DNA of 64,000 nt from Isurus oxyrinchus (Eukaryota), in the NCBI GenBank assembly GCA_026770705.1, contig JANJGN010000012.1:45818001-45882000 (forward strand). Reading direction: 5' to 3'. Under the pieces are notes generated by a model. That model had not been told where the DNA came from. It saw nothing but the letters and a program-made list of their open reading frames with translations, and did no database searches. Each line of letters opens with the position of its first letter. The stretch's first letter is position 1. The position numbers and the translations under genes are program-made. Shown piece after piece: positions 62,701 through 64,000 of the stretch.

Positions 62701-63612
62701 CTCATGAGGATGTTCACCACCGACTTCACCATCACTGCAGGCACAGTCCACATCCTCACTAGTCAGCACGATGGCACATTCCTAAAACCTGAGTGAGGGG
62801 ACTAATGTGGGCCACTCCATCCCCAGTCTGGGACCTCCCCCTGCTGTTGTGAGCCAGCTTCTCCTGCATGAAAACAGATGGAGAGAGTGGGAGCAGGACA
62901 TGTGGCACTGTTACACACTGTTGGCATAGCGTGGAATGTTTGTGTGGTGAGTGGAGACATGATTGGGATGATGGAGGTGAACTCCAGAGGATATGAGCCT
63001 GAGGAAGACCTGAGGGTGTGTGTGAGAGTTAGGGGTGTTGTCCCTTGAGGCATGAGATCCCTGTAGATGTGTGATGGGTTTGTGAGTGTGTGAGTTGAAA
63101 TTGATGAGAAGAGTGATTTACCCTGGAGGAACAGATGAGACCATTCATCCTGTTGTGGCACTGGGTGGTTGTCCTTTTTTGCAGGGCACTGGCACTGACT
63201 ACCGCTGCCACCATGCTGGATTAGTAATGTGGCTTCCCATCCTGTGGCCAGAGCAAGGGTAGAGGACATCACAGCAGGCCTCCACTGTGTCTAAAAGGCA
63301 CTTGAGGGATGCATCATTAAACAGGGGCAGCTGCAGTTTTTTTGCCTTTTGGTGCCATGTCCTCTTTGCAGCAGTCGTGGGCTTGAAGCACTGAGAAGTG
63401 TGTGTGCCCGGCTTGAGGAAGCGGCACAGTGATAGTGTGGCGGGTAAACGAGAGCACACCCACCATCGAACCTGTCTGTTTCCCAGGAATGCATAATTAA
63501 TAAGGTGGGATTGAGACAATACAGCGAGAAAAGCTGCCATTGCGTCTGGTGGATAAAATGTCCTTTTCCTGCCCTTTACCGCACTTAGTGCAAAGCTGGG
63601 ACAATTCCGCCC
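59725..63612 (-). mobile_element. PIF/Harbinger-like DNA transposon with a Myb/SANT-like ORF remnant
   Basis: TIRs GGGTGGAATT / AATTCCGCCC with 3-bp flanks ATT/AAT. The empty site GAGAATGTTTCAG is present in the paralog at about 42596-42608. Minus-strand FNDASLKCLLDTVEACCDVLYP resembles Harbinger Myb/SANT proteins. G-rich purine tract at about 60240-60930. Confidence 0.72.
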
Positions 63613-64000
63613 AATATTTCAGATACTTCTTGTGGTAGGGAACTACTAGTACTGTCAGTGTGTGGTTCAGTAAAGTGAAATTCAGTTTTATAATGTTTCT
63701 ATTAATGAGAGAACCACAAGCTAAGAGTATTGCATCAACATGTGGTTGTTATTGGACATATAATCTGCAATTTACACTCCAGCCCAGGACAGAGGGAGCA
63801 GTCACTGTTATGAAGTTTCTTGAAAATCCAAATCTTTGAAGCACAATCTACATAAGACGCTTGTTAGGCTTTATCTGAAGTACTGCGTCTAGTTCTGGGC
63901 ATCATACTTGAGGAAGGATATGAAGGCTTTGGAGAGAGAACAGAGGAGATTCACAAGAATGATTCCAGCAATAAAGGACTGTAGTTATGAGGATAGATTG

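Larger units (their letters stand above)
58615..63792 (+). other. Duplicated upstream region of a probable third IgL cluster
   Basis: 58615-58890 matches 41530-41800, 59440-59724 matches about 42295-42600, and 63613-63792 matches 42599-42793. Same order and orientation, interrupted by insertions. Confidence 0.8.

Overview
Eukaryotic, repeat-saturated DNA, almost certainly from a cartilaginous fish (shark). The evidence is the cluster-type Ig organisation plus CR1, Penelope, V-SINE and DeuSINE-like repeats. The only host genes are tandem, same-strand (+) immunoglobulin sigma-type light-chain clusters. Cluster A is represented only by its C exon (9943-10259) and a J-C intron swollen by insertions. 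Cluster B is a complete unrearranged leader-V-(12RSS/23RSS)-J-C unit (43092-46013). Cluster C is inferred from a duplicated upstream region (about 58615-63792); its V should lie just beyond the window. Most of the rest is nested mobile DNA: CR1 LINEs, a second CR1-group LINE, a Gypsy LTR element, a Penelope element, a Tx1/L1-like LINE, Harbinger-like elements and MITEs, and SINEs. The most unusual items are: (1) a two-LTR endogenous retrovirus (33435-40872) with a tRNA-Ser PBS, 5-bp TSD, adjacent PPxY/PTAP late motifs and a foamy-virus/paramyxovirus-F-like Env remnant, with a second family member at the window start; (2) a J segment that starts with an in-frame TAG that V-J microhomology would remove, next to a very degenerate nonamer; (3) apparent homogenisation of the two C exons; (4) a perfect 102-bp Penelope foldback palindrome carrying hammerhead-like motifs. 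All alignments and counts were made by eye; family names come from motif recognition, not database searches.
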